NCBI GenBank assembly: GCA_000002435.2
Contig: CM018793.1
DNA: 64,000 bases
Direction: 5' to 3' (one strand)
Origin: Giardia intestinalis
Lineage: Eukaryota
The notes under the pieces are model-generated. The model was not told the DNA's origin, ran no database searches, and saw only the letters and a list, made by a program, of their open reading frames with translations. Positions 50,864 through 61,800 of this stretch are shown here, piece by piece. Numbering within the stretch: the stretch's first letter is position 1; every line of letters begins with the position of its first letter. The position numbers and the translations under genes are program-made.

Positions 50864-52511
50864 GCATAGAGACGTGTATTCTAATAGGTCGTTTCCTTTA
50901 TGCATAGTCAGCAATGTCATTGACGCAAGTTTTGCTTGTACATTAAGCCTATTGCATGTGCTATCAACCCTCTCACAGATTTACTTTTGGCTCCTGGCTA
51001 CTACAGCTCTGTGTGCTTGCACCCATTACTCGCATTTTCCGACGGAGTTAGATGACAGTCAGACATCAGTGCACTTCAGTATGACCGAGACAGGTTTGTG
51101 CAAGTACATAGCCAGCGGATTTGATATTGCACCAATGGCTGCTCAGGGCGTCGCTGGAATGGAGATGGATCTCACCATAGGTGTAATTAAAGTCAAGGTA
51201 TCGGATTTGTCCGTGAATGAGCTATCAGTTGAGAGCTATAAAACCCCCCTCATTGAAAATGCAGATAGTCGCTATGTTGAGTTTACTGGAATTACCATTG
51301 AAATTCAGTTGAAAATCGCTGTTACTGTCTTGCTTGTCCCCATGGAGGCTGTGATCTCGATTGGGATACCGCGTGCGAACGGCTACGCTTCCGGCCAAGT
51401 TGATATCAGCAACACGTGTCCTTACCATATATCTATAGACATCACTAACACGAAGATTGATTTTGATGAGATCACTCTTCAAGTTGTTGATGGGGATTCA
51501 GGGCTGTTGGGGTCGTTCTTACCTGGCTTCAAGTCTCAGATAGAGTCGGTCTTGAAGGGCGACCAGATGTCTTCTACTATGGCACAGGCATTCAATGCGA
51601 TCAAAGATGGGATGGAGAGTAGTGCCGACTACATTATCAACTTCTATGAGGACTCGGCAAAGAAGAAGACGCTCGTTGATGTACGCTATACTGGGTTTCT
51701 TTGGGGTCGTAACTTAGTCACGTTGAAGGCAGGTGGATACACTTATCCGTTTCTTGATGCTGGTGCCGATGGCTCCACACAGATACATTATGAAGGACAA
51801 CGAGAGACAGCGACTATGCCAACACAACTAAATGACAAGGACTGGCAGTTTATCATTGATGTGTCCGCATTTAAGTCTAACCTGGACGTGAACAATCGAG
51901 AAGCAAAGCTTTACGATGTCCAGTTCCGGTCTGACGACCTTAAATCTGTTTTTGGTAAAGCGTCGGCACCGGGTCATCTGATGGTGGCCGTTACAAACAA
52001 CGCCTCTCCAACTGTGTTAAAGGTAGGGGGCGCGGGCCTCAAGTGCTCTTTTGACATCACCGCAAAGATGTGGATTACCAAGAGTGATACGGACATGGAG
52101 AAGCAAGAGGATATTGGGTCTGTGCACCTTGTTTTTAGTGGTCTGGCGGCAGTCGGAGCAGACCAGTATCTCTGGACGGAGACTCTGAACACTACCATAA
52201 TATATCCTTCCTTTGAACAAATAATAGACATTAAGGGAGAAGTGTTGGAGAACCACGCTTCGTTTACACCAGGGGATGAGTACTGGTATAAGGAGATAGG
52301 CTCTGCCCTGGAGGTGGATTATTTCGGTGCACTCCACCCTATTCTTAGAAGGACCGGTCTTACATGGACTAATTTGAATTTTGCTAATTTCTCCGGTGTC
52401 CAGATAGTGTACCTCCCCGAGACGCTGGTCCTTGTCAGTGGGGACTTCTTTGACACTGCTGCTTCTGCAAGTAGTAGGGGTCACAGACGGCAGCCCCTTT
52501 CTCTTCGCTAA
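50817..52511 (+). CDS. hypothetical protein (565 aa), possible N-terminal signal anchor
   Basis: Track start 50787 is TTG. The first ATG (50817) is preceded by ctaaaaaatctaaag and overlaps the last 47 nt of the Rpr2-like gene in another frame. An alternative ATG lies at 51081. Hydrophobic LSLLHVLSTLSQIYFWLLATTALCACT near the N-terminus. Confidence 0.5.
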   Translation: MKHIGLHKNLGHKAYEHRDVYSNRSFPLCIVSNVIDASFACTLSLLHVLSTLSQIYFWLLATTALCACTHYSHFPTELDDSQTSVHFSMTETGLCKYIASGFDIAPMAAQGVAGMEMDLTIGVIKVKVSDLSVNELSVESYKTPLIENADSRYVEFTGITIEIQLKIAVTVLLVPMEAVISIGIPRANGYASGQVDISNTCPYHISIDITNTKIDFDEITLQVVDGDSGLLGSFLPGFKSQIESVLKGDQMSSTMAQAFNAIKDGMESSADYIINFYEDSAKKKTLVDVRYTGFLWGRNLVTLKAGGYTYPFLDAGADGSTQIHYEGQRETATMPTQLNDKDWQFIIDVSAFKSNLDVNNREAKLYDVQFRSDDLKSVFGKASAPGHLMVAVTNNASPTVLKVGGAGLKCSFDITAKMWITKSDTDMEKQEDIGSVHLVFSGLAAVGADQYLWTETLNTTIIYPSFEQIIDIKGEVLENHASFTPGDEYWYKEIGSALEVDYFGALHPILRRTGLTWTNLNFANFSGVQIVYLPETLVLVSGDFFDTAASASSRGHRRQPLSLR

Positions 52512-52597
52512 TGTGTGAAAGACCACTGTGAGTGCAAACACTGCCTTTGATGTTCTGGCTTGTGTAAATATGTCTTCTATTAAGTACTACCACTTTA

Positions 52598-53110
52598 CTA
52601 GTCCCAAAATGCTCCTAGGGCTTTAGATTCTTTGAGAAATGTATCTTTCCACGTCATGACTCTCTTTAAGGAAATGTACTCTTGGCCTCCATGAGTAACA
52701 ATAGAAGGTGCTAGATAACGCTTAAAGTGGTCAACCATCTTGATAGTGGCTCGGTTCAAAAGAGTGAGCTCATAGTCAGTTGGCTGATACGGTAGGTTCT
52801 GGTCCACAGACTCTAAAGGAACCAAGGTCAAGCAAAGAGAGAATGGCAGCTCTGCCTTATTAAGCCGCTCTAACCCAGTGACAAACGTAATGCTAGGAGA
52901 ATACTCTGTCAGGTAACCAATCTTCTCGTAAAATCCATCAGCAGAAACAGCAACCTCGACGGCGCAACTGGTCAAGCTGGCAGGGGTAAATGTAAAAACG
53001 CTGATGTTTCCGAGGCCGAAGGAATTAGGAAACGAAAGAACATAGTTCCCTTCTGTGGTCTGCTGGAATTGGTCTGAGTACCCCAGATGACAAACAACGC
53101 AGCCAAACAT
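52598..53110 (-). CDS. hypothetical small protein (170 aa)
   Basis: ATG ORF sharing the 69-nt AT-rich divergent spacer with the TPR gene. No motif recognised. Confidence 0.5.
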   Translation of the reverse strand: MFGCVVCHLGYSDQFQQTTEGNYVLSFPNSFGLGNISVFTFTPASLTSCAVEVAVSADGFYEKIGYLTEYSPSITFVTGLERLNKAELPFSLCLTLVPLESVDQNLPYQPTDYELTLLNRATIKMVDHFKRYLAPSIVTHGGQEYISLKRVMTWKDTFLKESKALGAFWD

Positions 53111-53179
53111 GGCAGGTCCAGATCAATCTTTATTAATTTAAAATTTCTTTTTTGAGACAAAGACCACCCTCCCCGTTCT
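53111..53179. promoter_or_regulatory. 69-nt AT-rich divergent intergenic region (putative bidirectional promoter)
   Basis: ggcaggtccagatcaatctttattaatttaaaatttcttttttgagacaaagaccaccctccccgttct lies between the minus-strand ATG at 53110 and the plus-strand ATG at 53180. Confidence 0.35.
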
Positions 53180-54340
53180 ATGATTGACATCCAGGCAAAG
53201 ATTCGACACCAGGCACTCAGCAACGCTGCCGCGCTCAAAGAGGTCGGGGAATTTGTTGAGCGTATCTCCAAGAAGGACGAGGAAGCCACACACGCTGCCG
53301 CCACATTTGATCCATCGACCGTTAAAGTGCCCCCCATCCGGTGCTATGAGATTCCACTTGAGGAAGAAAAATCGGGGCTGTACACCGCTGAAGAGTATAA
53401 GGCTGTTGGTAACAAGCTGTTTGGAGAGCGCAAGTTTGAGAAGGCATTGGACTACTACGAGTGTGCCGGACGCATAGACCCAGGTATGGCGGCTGCCTTT
53501 GGGAATGCAGGCCTCTGCTACCAAAAGCTTAAGCGCGAAGATGAGGCCCTTGCCTCCTTCTCACGAGCTATAGGGATAGACCCTCAATATACGAAGATAC
53601 TCGTAAGACGTGGACGTCTGTATCTAGATCGAGGAGACTACCAAGCCTCATACGCCGACCTGTCCTTGGCACTCACTCTCCTTCCTGAGAAGGGGCGACA
53701 GGAGGTGCAGCAGGACTTAGAGCTTGTTAAATCAAAGTTAGTACCGGTGACTACTGTCACTACTACCACTGTAGGAGCAGCCGATATATTTGCTACTCAA
53801 AACACAGCAAGCAGAGGGAAATCCATCGCCATAGACATGAGCTGTCTCGATGAGGCGGTCGAGTCAAAGTCTCCCATAGGCTCTCCGTCACGCCCAACAG
53901 CCGTTCGGTTACGAGATTGCAAGAGAAACATCCCTTCCAACAAAGCCAAGCCTTCCGTTCCTCCTCCACCAACTTCAGCATTTTCTTTGTATAGCGACGT
54001 GCTTCATCTAAGTGAGCACTTGGACGTCTTGGCAGAATATCTTAACTCCTTCCACAGTGCGGTATTAGAATCTTACCTGTCAAGCCAGTTGACTGATAAG
54101 GAAATCAAGAGCATCGTGGCTGCCATTGGCCTACACAAGCTTTCCGCAAAGAAAACCATCAATACCCTTTATGCACTGACTCGCTTACCAAATCTCTCCT
54201 TCCTAAGCCCCTTTTTGTCAGAGGAGATAAAAACGACCATGCGTGCTACTCTTGAGTGGGCATTGCATCAGATTCCAGAGGACCAGGCTGAAGTATATAA
54301 TGAGAGAAACGATGAGGTGCGCGAGGCCTTTTGTCTCTAG
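53180..54340 (+). CDS. TPR-repeat protein (3 TPRs; SGT/Hop/TTC1-like architecture)
   Basis: EEYKAVGNKLFGERKFEKALDYYECAGRIDPGMAAAFGNAGLCYQKLKREDEALASFSRAIGIDPQYTKILVRRGRLYLDRGDYQASYADLSLALTLLPE forms three tandem 34-residue TPR motifs. AGTAAAC lies downstream of the stop. Confidence 0.7.
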   Translation: MIDIQAKIRHQALSNAAALKEVGEFVERISKKDEEATHAAATFDPSTVKVPPIRCYEIPLEEEKSGLYTAEEYKAVGNKLFGERKFEKALDYYECAGRIDPGMAAAFGNAGLCYQKLKREDEALASFSRAIGIDPQYTKILVRRGRLYLDRGDYQASYADLSLALTLLPEKGRQEVQQDLELVKSKLVPVTTVTTTTVGAADIFATQNTASRGKSIAIDMSCLDEAVESKSPIGSPSRPTAVRLRDCKRNIPSNKAKPSVPPPPTSAFSLYSDVLHLSEHLDVLAEYLNSFHSAVLESYLSSQLTDKEIKSIVAAIGLHKLSAKKTINTLYALTRLPNLSFLSPFLSEEIKTTMRATLEWALHQIPEDQAEVYNERNDEVREAFCL

Positions 54341-54535
54341 TTGTACTCGTATCTGTGTCCTGAGAGGGACATAGATCGATCCCTGAAGCCGTGTAGGTGT
54401 AAGAACCTATAGCAGCACGTTCTAAAGTAAACAGCCAGGTTTTAAAAGCACCCACTATTTACAGTCCCCCCGAAGGATAGAAAAATGAAGTAAGATAGAA
54501 CTAGTCTCCCATCATAGCTGAGTTGAAGTTGAGAA

Positions 54536-55642
54536 TCAATACACATCAACGTCCATCTGCTGACGTCGGATGTTGGCAGCTGCATCTTTGATTAGAGAAG
54601 GTGGTAAACTGATCCCCTTCGCCTTAAGCATTTGGCGAAGCTCGGTGACCTCTATTTTAGGATGCTCAGCTAAGATAGCTGCGATTGTTGAGTGCATTTC
54701 GGGGGAAACAACCTTCTTGGATCTCCGCCCCCTCGGCCCCACCTCAAGCTGACCACAATCTCGGAACTTTCTAACGATGTTTATTGCTGCACTATACTTT
54801 AGGTTGAGTTGCTTCACTGCTGATTGCACGTTCATCCCATCAATGCACACCATGTGAATAAGCCGCTCACGCGTTTCCTGGGGTATGATTAAATACTCTC
54901 TTTTGTTGCTAGCTGATCTCCCTCGTTGAGGGATATGAATAGAATGATCTTCAGGGCCAAGCTCACTAATGCTTAGTTGGTCATGTTCGTGGATTTGATT
55001 CTGGTTATAATCTTGGTGACCGTTGTTCTCTTCTGGCATGGTGTTGATCCCTAAAGTGAGGCTAAGCTTAGGATCAGAAGCCGGTCCATGATCATGAGGC
55101 AGGTCAGGGTCGTGGACAAGAGTGATAGTATTATCGGGAGCCGAGTTAGAATCGGAGCCGAGGCTAGTGCCAATCCGCTGCTCAACGTGCTTAACTATGC
55201 CTTGCTGATTTTGGCCAGGACCCAGATTGGCGGGTGGCATGAAGTCATCTCTGAAGAGCTGCCCATTGTCGACTTGCGGTAGCTCAAAGACATGATCCAT
55301 GTCTGGTCTATAGAATGTACAGCCCATGCTCCTTTTCCCGCTGCTGCTAGATAGCGATACATTAATCGATGGTGGGTCATTCAACCCTATTCGACTGGCC
55401 TTCAGAGAAGATGAATGCGAGCTAGGAGTGCTGCCATTTGAGCCTATATCTTTAAAAACAGGTAACATGTCACCATCTCCAGGGATAGCTGAGATGGTGG
55501 ATCGCCGCAAATTCCGAGCGGATGTGATAAGCCCCGGGGGCAACTGTCTAAACAATGGGGAGGTTAATTCCCGACTAAGCTCGGTCATCAGGTCTGTACC
55601 GCTTCCTGAGAAGACAGGAGCATGCTCATCATACTCGGACAT
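54536..55642 (-). CDS. low-complexity protein with C-terminal paired-like bipartite HTH DNA-binding domain (Pax paired / Tc1-transposase type)
   Basis: C-terminal RLIHMVCIDGMNVQSAVKQLNLKYSAAINIVRKFRDCGQLEVGPRGRRSKKVVSPEMHSTIAAILAEHPKIEVTELRQMLKAKGISLPPSLIKDAAANI aligns position by position with the Pax paired domain recalled from memory ([57 protein letters not shown]...NPTMFAWEIRDRLLAEGV...PSVSSINRII). The track start 55663 is TTG; the first ATG is at 55642, with cctaaaaaaatacc upstream. Confidence 0.5.
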   Translation of the reverse strand: MSEYDEHAPVFSGSGTDLMTELSRELTSPLFRQLPPGLITSARNLRRSTISAIPGDGDMLPVFKDIGSNGSTPSSHSSSLKASRIGLNDPPSINVSLSSSSGKRSMGCTFYRPDMDHVFELPQVDNGQLFRDDFMPPANLGPGQNQQGIVKHVEQRIGTSLGSDSNSAPDNTITLVHDPDLPHDHGPASDPKLSLTLGINTMPEENNGHQDYNQNQIHEHDQLSISELGPEDHSIHIPQRGRSASNKREYLIIPQETRERLIHMVCIDGMNVQSAVKQLNLKYSAAINIVRKFRDCGQLEVGPRGRRSKKVVSPEMHSTIAAILAEHPKIEVTELRQMLKAKGISLPPSLIKDAAANIRRQQMDVDVY

Positions 55643-55745
55643 TGGCAATGTATAGGTGAGCAAGACCGAGAGGTCTGCAACCGACAGGTATTTTTTTAGG
55701 CTGACGAATCAGAAGACGGTTTACTTTGGACGGGGGTATACAATC

Positions 55746-56462
55746 TTAGATAAAAGATCCAGGAGTACTGAGCAGGGACGTACCTTCAGGTTGGAGGATG
55801 CCCGAGTTTGGTTTTATGGGCGCGGAGGATCTCTTTTGCCTTTTAATGAGGAAATAGAAAGCCAGAGTTGTCATAACTGCACAGAGAAGTACGGTGACTA
55901 TCACTGAGATGGCTACGGCTGCGCCTGCCGAAAGACACTTATCAGAATTTCCAAAACCTGCACAGATGCAATCTCCATAGGCCATAGTCCACCCATTCTT
56001 GCATGATACGCAGTGTTCTCGCTCTCTGTCGTACGAGTCGTTATATCGAAAGCACATTCCTCGACTCAGAGATCGATAGCAGCCGTTCCCGATTTTCTGA
56101 TACCCTTTGCTACAATCGTGACACGTTGGGACAATCTGGTCTCCCTCATGCTTAAGGTTGCAGTTTCCAAATTCAAACTGCTTCCAGCAACTTTTATCTA
56201 TAAGGACGTGGTCGTTCGTGCAAGCCGTACATCTGATTTCCTCGTCATTATAATGAAAGCAATTCTCGTTGAAGCAATATGTGCATGTAGGGTAGCACAA
56301 TCTGTCCGCGTCAGTGTCTTGGGGATTCACGTAGGGCGTGTATCCTACCTGGCACGTGCAAGCGTCTGTACCCGCACCAGTTATGCAAGGAGCGGGATCA
56401 GTTGCACCTTTAAATCTATATGGCAGAAGCCACAGTGTAGCTGCAACTAGAGTAGCAGCCAT
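55746..56462 (-). CDS. cysteine-rich type-I membrane protein (signal peptide, CxxC/CxC-rich ectodomain, single TM, short tail)
   Basis: MAATLVAATLWLL signal-like start. About 28 Cys including CTAC, CHDC and CVSC. TM AAVAISVIVTVLLCAVMTTLAFYFLI followed by KRQKR. This resembles diplomonad high-cysteine membrane proteins, though not the VSP CRGKA tail. Confidence 0.6.
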   Translation of the reverse strand: MAATLVAATLWLLPYRFKGATDPAPCITGAGTDACTCQVGYTPYVNPQDTDADRLCYPTCTYCFNENCFHYNDEEIRCTACTNDHVLIDKSCWKQFEFGNCNLKHEGDQIVPTCHDCSKGYQKIGNGCYRSLSRGMCFRYNDSYDREREHCVSCKNGWTMAYGDCICAGFGNSDKCLSAGAAVAISVIVTVLLCAVMTTLAFYFLIKRQKRSSAPIKPNSGILQPEGTSLLSTPGSFI

Positions 56463-56602
56463 CTATAAACAAGCGAGAGATTTATTTTCCCTTACAAGAG
56501 AAAAGATTTGCTTTCTAAACTCAGAGAGAGGCCCTTAGTGTAAAATAGTAGAGTAAAGTTAAGGCAGATCAAGGCGGAGTACCTTTTACACGCTATAGTA
56601 AT

Positions 56603-57652
56603 TTACATCATCCTTTTAGCGGCTTCAGCTATGTTTTCTAGACAGGGTCTTTCCGCTGGGTCTATAGATAGACAGGCGTTTAAGACGTGCCTCAATTCAT
56701 CACTAAATTGGCTCTGTGACTGTTGCATCACGTTCGGGCTACCATTATTAGATGGAATCTGCTTCGTAGGAAGCCTTGTAGGAAGTTCGATGGGCCTGGG
56801 AAGACGTGTTATGCTTAAGTAGAGGTCTATTTCGCGTCCTGTGGTAAATGGGCGCTTCTTGAAGATCAGCTCGTACAAGTAGCAGCCAAGGGCCCATATA
56901 TCGCCCGACAGAAGAGTATTTGTCGCTCCAGGGACGCTGTCACCGTTGCTGTTGGTTTCAAGTTGCTCGGGCGCCTTGTACAAGTCTATGGCTACGGATA
57001 TGTGCAGATTTAGGGGTGCGGTTATTTTCAGCTCTGACGACATCCCCACATCCATGAGCTTCACACTCCCATCTTTGTCCAGGTATATGTTTTCGGGCTT
57101 AAGAGAGGCATGTGCCACAGGGCCCCTACCAAGGGGGTTTCCGTGCAAATATCTGAGCGCGGACACTATCTGACTCAAGGTCTTCCATATCATGGACTCA
57201 GTCATGGGCTCGTGGCTTCCAGAAGCACCCATGCTCTCTCTCAAGCTGGGACGGGCCTCATCACGCGAAACTAGCTCTCTAGCGTCCCCGAGGAGAGGGG
57301 AGATAATGTACAATCGAAGGATAGTTGAATCATATATGGCATCGATGGGCGAATTGATGTTTGGATGGCATAGCTGCAGCTGGATACTCGCACACTCAAG
57401 GAGCTGCTTTTGATGAGGCTCAGTATACATGTCACAAGGTATTTCTTTGCATGCAAAAACCGTTTTGGTATTTTTCTTACGAACGACATATACGCGGCCG
57501 TGTGGACCCAGGCCCACCGAGGCTGACATTATGAAGTACGTTTTTGTCTCATCACTATAAGGGTTTAGTTTGACAGTCTTTTCAACAGGGATTTCCTCTT
57601 TATCATAATACTCAGCCAGGCTACCACTCCTAATCCCCGCGGGAAACGCCAT
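56603..57652 (-). CDS. protein-kinase-fold protein, predicted pseudokinase
   Basis: VFACKEI (beta3 Lys), HASLKPENIYLD in place of HRDLKPEN (catalytic Asp absent), DVG in place of DFG, YKAPEQL, GDIWALGCYLYELIFKKRPF. Confidence 0.7.
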   Translation of the reverse strand: MAFPAGIRSGSLAEYYDKEEIPVEKTVKLNPYSDETKTYFIMSASVGLGPHGRVYVVRKKNTKTVFACKEIPCDMYTEPHQKQLLECASIQLQLCHPNINSPIDAIYDSTILRLYIISPLLGDARELVSRDEARPSLRESMGASGSHEPMTESMIWKTLSQIVSALRYLHGNPLGRGPVAHASLKPENIYLDKDGSVKLMDVGMSSELKITAPLNLHISVAIDLYKAPEQLETNSNGDSVPGATNTLLSGDIWALGCYLYELIFKKRPFTTGREIDLYLSITRLPRPIELPTRLPTKQIPSNNGSPNVMQQSQSQFSDELRHVLNACLSIDPAERPCLENIAEAAKRMM

Positions 57653-57718
57653 CTAGCGACCTTTTTTTGTTTACATGTAAATATTTAGTGTTTTAGATGT
57701 GGCGTCGATGCAGCACCG

Positions 57719-58612
57719 CTACCGCCTCCCAACGTGCATGGCCCGCATCAAGACCACTAACATACCCACGACATCGGAGTATATCTTCAAGGTGTATTTG
57801 GCCCAATCAGAGCAAGTACTCTTATTGACTGCCAACCACACATCAACTATCAAAAACAAAGCATATACAAGGCAAATAAGGACAGAAACTACCACAGTGG
57901 TTATTGAGTAAGATTTTTGGCTCCCGAAGAGATTCCAAATGAAGAGCATGGGGTACAGTAGCCAGAGGAGCTGACTGCAGCAAATGGCTATCAGAATCAT
58001 CACCCAAACCTTTGTCTCGCTCTTAATGCACAGCGCTATAGATGTACAGAAGACCAAAATGAACAGAACACAGAGTAATGATGATCCAAAAACTATGATG
58101 TTGGTCACCATTGAAAGGCCGATAAAGAGTATGCTCGAGAAAACTGGCCCAATTATCAGCAGGGTGATCGTGCCACACTTTCCAATAGAATCCATGCAGC
58201 ACGAATTGATCATAGAAATTACGATATACCCTATGCAGCCGACAGCAATCAGGATTACCTCGGTGATAAAGTACGTATACAGTAGTTCAGGTGAAACGAC
58301 TCCGTTATGAACTTTGAAAATAACAGTCGTTACTAATATGTATAACCCGATTGTTAAGATTGCAGTTCCCATTATCATTATTGCCAGGGTCAAATATATC
58401 TTAATAGTCAATGATCGGCGGATTGATGTCTCAAAACCATTAACGGTCTGTTCATACAAACTGTTACTGCCTCTTGTGTTGACATTGCTCGTGTATTTGT
58501 GGCCATCCTCGATTCTATTCATTCTTAGCGTTTCCTCATTCTCCTGCCTTCTACTGAATCCAGCAGGAGCCAAATAGGGCTGGGGGCATCTCGCTTGGTC
58601 GTACGATGTCAT
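57719..58612 (-). CDS. multi-pass membrane protein (6-7 predicted TM helices), function unknown
   Basis: Track start 58624 is GTG. First ATG at 58612, preceded by tttaaaaaagagatttaaaaaatc. Successive hydrophobic stretches: LTLAIMIMGTAILTIGLYILVTTVIF, VILIAVGCIGYIVISMI, ITLLIIGPVFSSILFIGLSMV, LLCVLFILVFCTSIALCI, VMILIAICCSQLLWLLYPMLFIW, VVVSVLICLVYALFLIV. Confidence 0.5.
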   Translation of the reverse strand: MTSYDQARCPQPYLAPAGFSRRQENEETLRMNRIEDGHKYTSNVNTRGSNSLYEQTVNGFETSIRRSLTIKIYLTLAIMIMGTAILTIGLYILVTTVIFKVHNGVVSPELLYTYFITEVILIAVGCIGYIVISMINSCCMDSIGKCGTITLLIIGPVFSSILFIGLSMVTNIIVFGSSLLCVLFILVFCTSIALCIKSETKVWVMILIAICCSQLLWLLYPMLFIWNLFGSQKSYSITTVVVSVLICLVYALFLIVDVWLAVNKSTCSDWAKYTLKIYSDVVGMLVVLMRAMHVGRR

Positions 58613-58877
58613 GAGCTTCTCCACCTGATTTTTTAAATCTCTTTTTTAAACCTGCGATGTCTATCATTAATGCATAAAGTTATTAAGCAAATTGTAAAGC
58701 CTTTAGCCTTTCAGCAATTGTCTTTTAAATCAACACCTTGAGAACAAAACATAACGCATCAGCGGTTGAACCATGGCCATCTAGAACCAGTGCGCTGTAC
58801 ATACTATAAACCCTGTGCATACTATTTTTACACTCCTTCAACACATACGTTGCGGTGTTCAGCCAATTTTTCGGAAG

Positions 58878-61800
58878 TTATGTTGTCAAGAGAACATCTA
58901 AGAAAAACCTCGCTCCATATTCCTCGAGCTGCTCTCGGAGTGGCTTACTATTGGATTTTAGATCTCTATGTTGCGATAGAATAGATAATACATTGTTGAT
59001 ATGGCAGCCCCGGATGTAACTCAGCCCTGCCATGATCACGTCAGCCATTCTCTTGTACGCGCCCTTAAATCCGGTGCTACGATAGATGATGTCAAGCAAG
59101 GATTGAGCCAGATAATCGGCTGACCTTTGGGAGATAACTGCGGTATCGACTACGGCAATGTGCACTAGAGCGACGCGGGTAAACGTTAGAATGTTGATAA
59201 ACCCATGAGACGTGGGTGGGAATATCTGGAGAACTCGCCGGGCCACATAGAGTGCTTTTACGAGTAGGCCTGCTCGAGCATACGCCTCCAGCAGCACGGA
59301 GCAAACAAGCTTAGAGGGCAAGAGCGTTGCGTCGGAGCGCATGTATTGAATGCTTAATATCGAAATGCTGTCAAAGTCGGGAAGGGACTCCTTGTAGATT
59401 GCCTTGGCACCCTTGCTAGTAAAGGGAGTGGATTCAGAGTCGTCAGTGGGAGCCCCCTCTGACTTCTGTGTAGAGATAAAGGTAATGTTGTCCTTTTCAA
59501 GCAGTTCCGCCTCATTTCTAATTCTGAAATACTTGCAGCAGCACGCAATCACAAAGATGCATACATTGAATACGCATTCCTTTATAGCCACCATGTTGTT
59601 GTAAGCGACCTGGCACTCAAAGGCCAGCGTTTCCAGCTCACTAGCATTTCTGAAGGAGAGGAAAGCACTGGTCGCATAGAGGCACAGAGCGAGAGGCTGC
59701 GATATAACATTCTCTACCACATCGCTGGATAGGAGATAGATCGTCTGTTTGTACGAAATAAGGTGAGCACGCACGGTTTGATCAATGTGGGGAAGAATGT
59801 GTATTGACGTTAGCTCAAAGATGTAAGATAGTAGAGGAGGAATAAAGTTGTAACTCTGTAACGACCTCTCCGCAGAGCCCATTGTTTTTTGAGACTTTGT
59901 TTCTTCTAGCTGCAGCATCTCTGCAACGGCCTTCACAATGTGGAACATTGCGGCCTTGGGGAGCTCGTGAATGTAACTTGGAGCAATAGCTGCAAGAATC
60001 CCTATCATGGCAATTCCCTCAATTGTTGTCCCATACAAGAGGCACCGCTCCACCATAGCTGCTGCCAGTGACAAGTACAGCTCCGTTAAGTCCCGTAAGA
60101 AAAGCGCATAAAAGATAAGGAAGAGGAGCTTTTGGATGGATCTCTCCAGCAACGATGCCCTCTTCATATATTGCATAAGCGCATAGGGGGTCGAGGGAGA
60201 CTTCAGTGAGTCAAAAGCAACCATGATTGCAGCCTGTGGATGCGGCTTCAGTCCATTACCCTCAACAAGATTGGTAGTGAAGAGAAGAGAGAGGGTCGCA
60301 ACAATAGTGTCCCGGTGAATGCTTTTATTCATGGTTATCATAGGTAGGAAAGCGTTGATGTGCGCCTCATCTCCAAGCAACTTCTGCAGCATTGAGACAG
60401 CGATTGAGACAGCCCGCGCCGGCTTGTTACTCTGTATCATGCCCAGTGTCCACTCCCATATAAGTCCCAGCCAGTAATGCTTGTACACCTCATTTGATAG
60501 TTTGTCGGTTACATATGTGGACTGCACCAGATTGTATCTTGTGGTGAAGCGGATTGACTGTACCGAATAGCAGATGCTGTTTGCACATGTAAAGTTAAAT
60601 AGCAAGGGAAATGCATTGTACAACGCGGTAAGTTCAGAATCGGTACCGACCTGTATGGTCTCATTATACATTGTGTCAATCATGTCTGTCGGATCCGTCC
60701 CATTGGGGTCTGACTTTGAAACCAGGCTTTGGAGCGCATTTGGTTTACCAGGCAGAGCATCTGCATTGCCACTGGTAATGGGAGAGCTGTGGGCACTGTT
60801 AGGGTTTGAGAGTACACCTATGGTACACTTGAGTAGCGAGTCTAGGTCAAGGGAATTAGCAGTTTTGAACGTCAGCAGGGGCCTCTTCTGGGCAACAACC
60901 TTATAGTTCGACAGGGACCAGTTCTGCCTTTCCATTGGATTGAGACATAGCATGGCCATAGCAGTCCAGATTTCGTGCTCAGCTGACTTTGCCATTGAAA
61001 GGTATTTGCTGATGTCAGCAAAGCTCTTAGAGAGGATGTCGCATGCATATGTGTTTAGTCTCAGAAGTTCATACTGGTCATAAATGTCGAGCAATTTGCT
61101 TGCACACGGATTGAGGCACTTCAGAAGCTTGGTTATGTCCACAAAAAGTCCATCATATTGCTCTAGGAGACATGCCCGTGTGCTTGGTGTTCTGAGGTCG
61201 GCTTCCATTTGCTTAAGAAAAGCCTCTTGCTGTTGCCAGTTGTTTACCCCCATGTTATGGTCAAAAAAGAAGGTCTTGTGAGTGCGCAAAGCAATCCGTA
61301 ATGAAAGAGAGGCCTTGTTAATCTGAAGATCATTTAATGAAACATCTGCCGCCTTACCCGAAGCCCTCAATAGAGAAACAAAGTCCAAGTGGAGCTTTCT
61401 GATTAGTTCTCCCGTCTCCAGCTCTCTGGGATCATAGTTTCTTATATAGAGGGACGGCTTAAGGTCGGATTTTCTCTCCAAAACAGAGTCCCGTGCAATC
61501 CACCTCTTCCGAAGATATAGTGCGATCAGGAATAGCTTTTGGCTCATGCCAGATGTAAATGACTCTTCCAGAACCTTGCATAGACTGATATTATTAAACA
61601 GAAAAATGTAGCCTATCCGATTTGTAGATTTGTTAGGATTGTAGGGATTGTGGGCTAGGTCCACGCCATGGTCTGCACCTCCTTGTGCATAAAGCGGATG
61701 CCTAAGCTGTACAAATTGTGGGGCGCAAGAAATTAGATGCATATTAGAAAGCTCAGTGAGAGACGTGAGGATCACATCGTCGTTACTGTAATTGAGGGCA

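Noticed and set aside
52017-53524. Minus-strand ORFs 52017-52541, 52972-53337 and 53138-53524, and plus ORF 53184-53477
   Set aside because: They overlap well-supported genes (the 574-codon gene, the 170-aa gene, the TPR gene) in other frames or strands, and they lack AT-rich starts.
98-58624. Several ORF-track start coordinates (98, 3351-4118, 12197, 50787, 54536-55663, 57719-58624, 28638-29018)
   Set aside because: The underlying start codon is GTG or TTG, so the ORF finder evidently uses bacterial alternative starts. For a eukaryote I moved the starts to the first in-frame ATG with an AT-rich upstream element.
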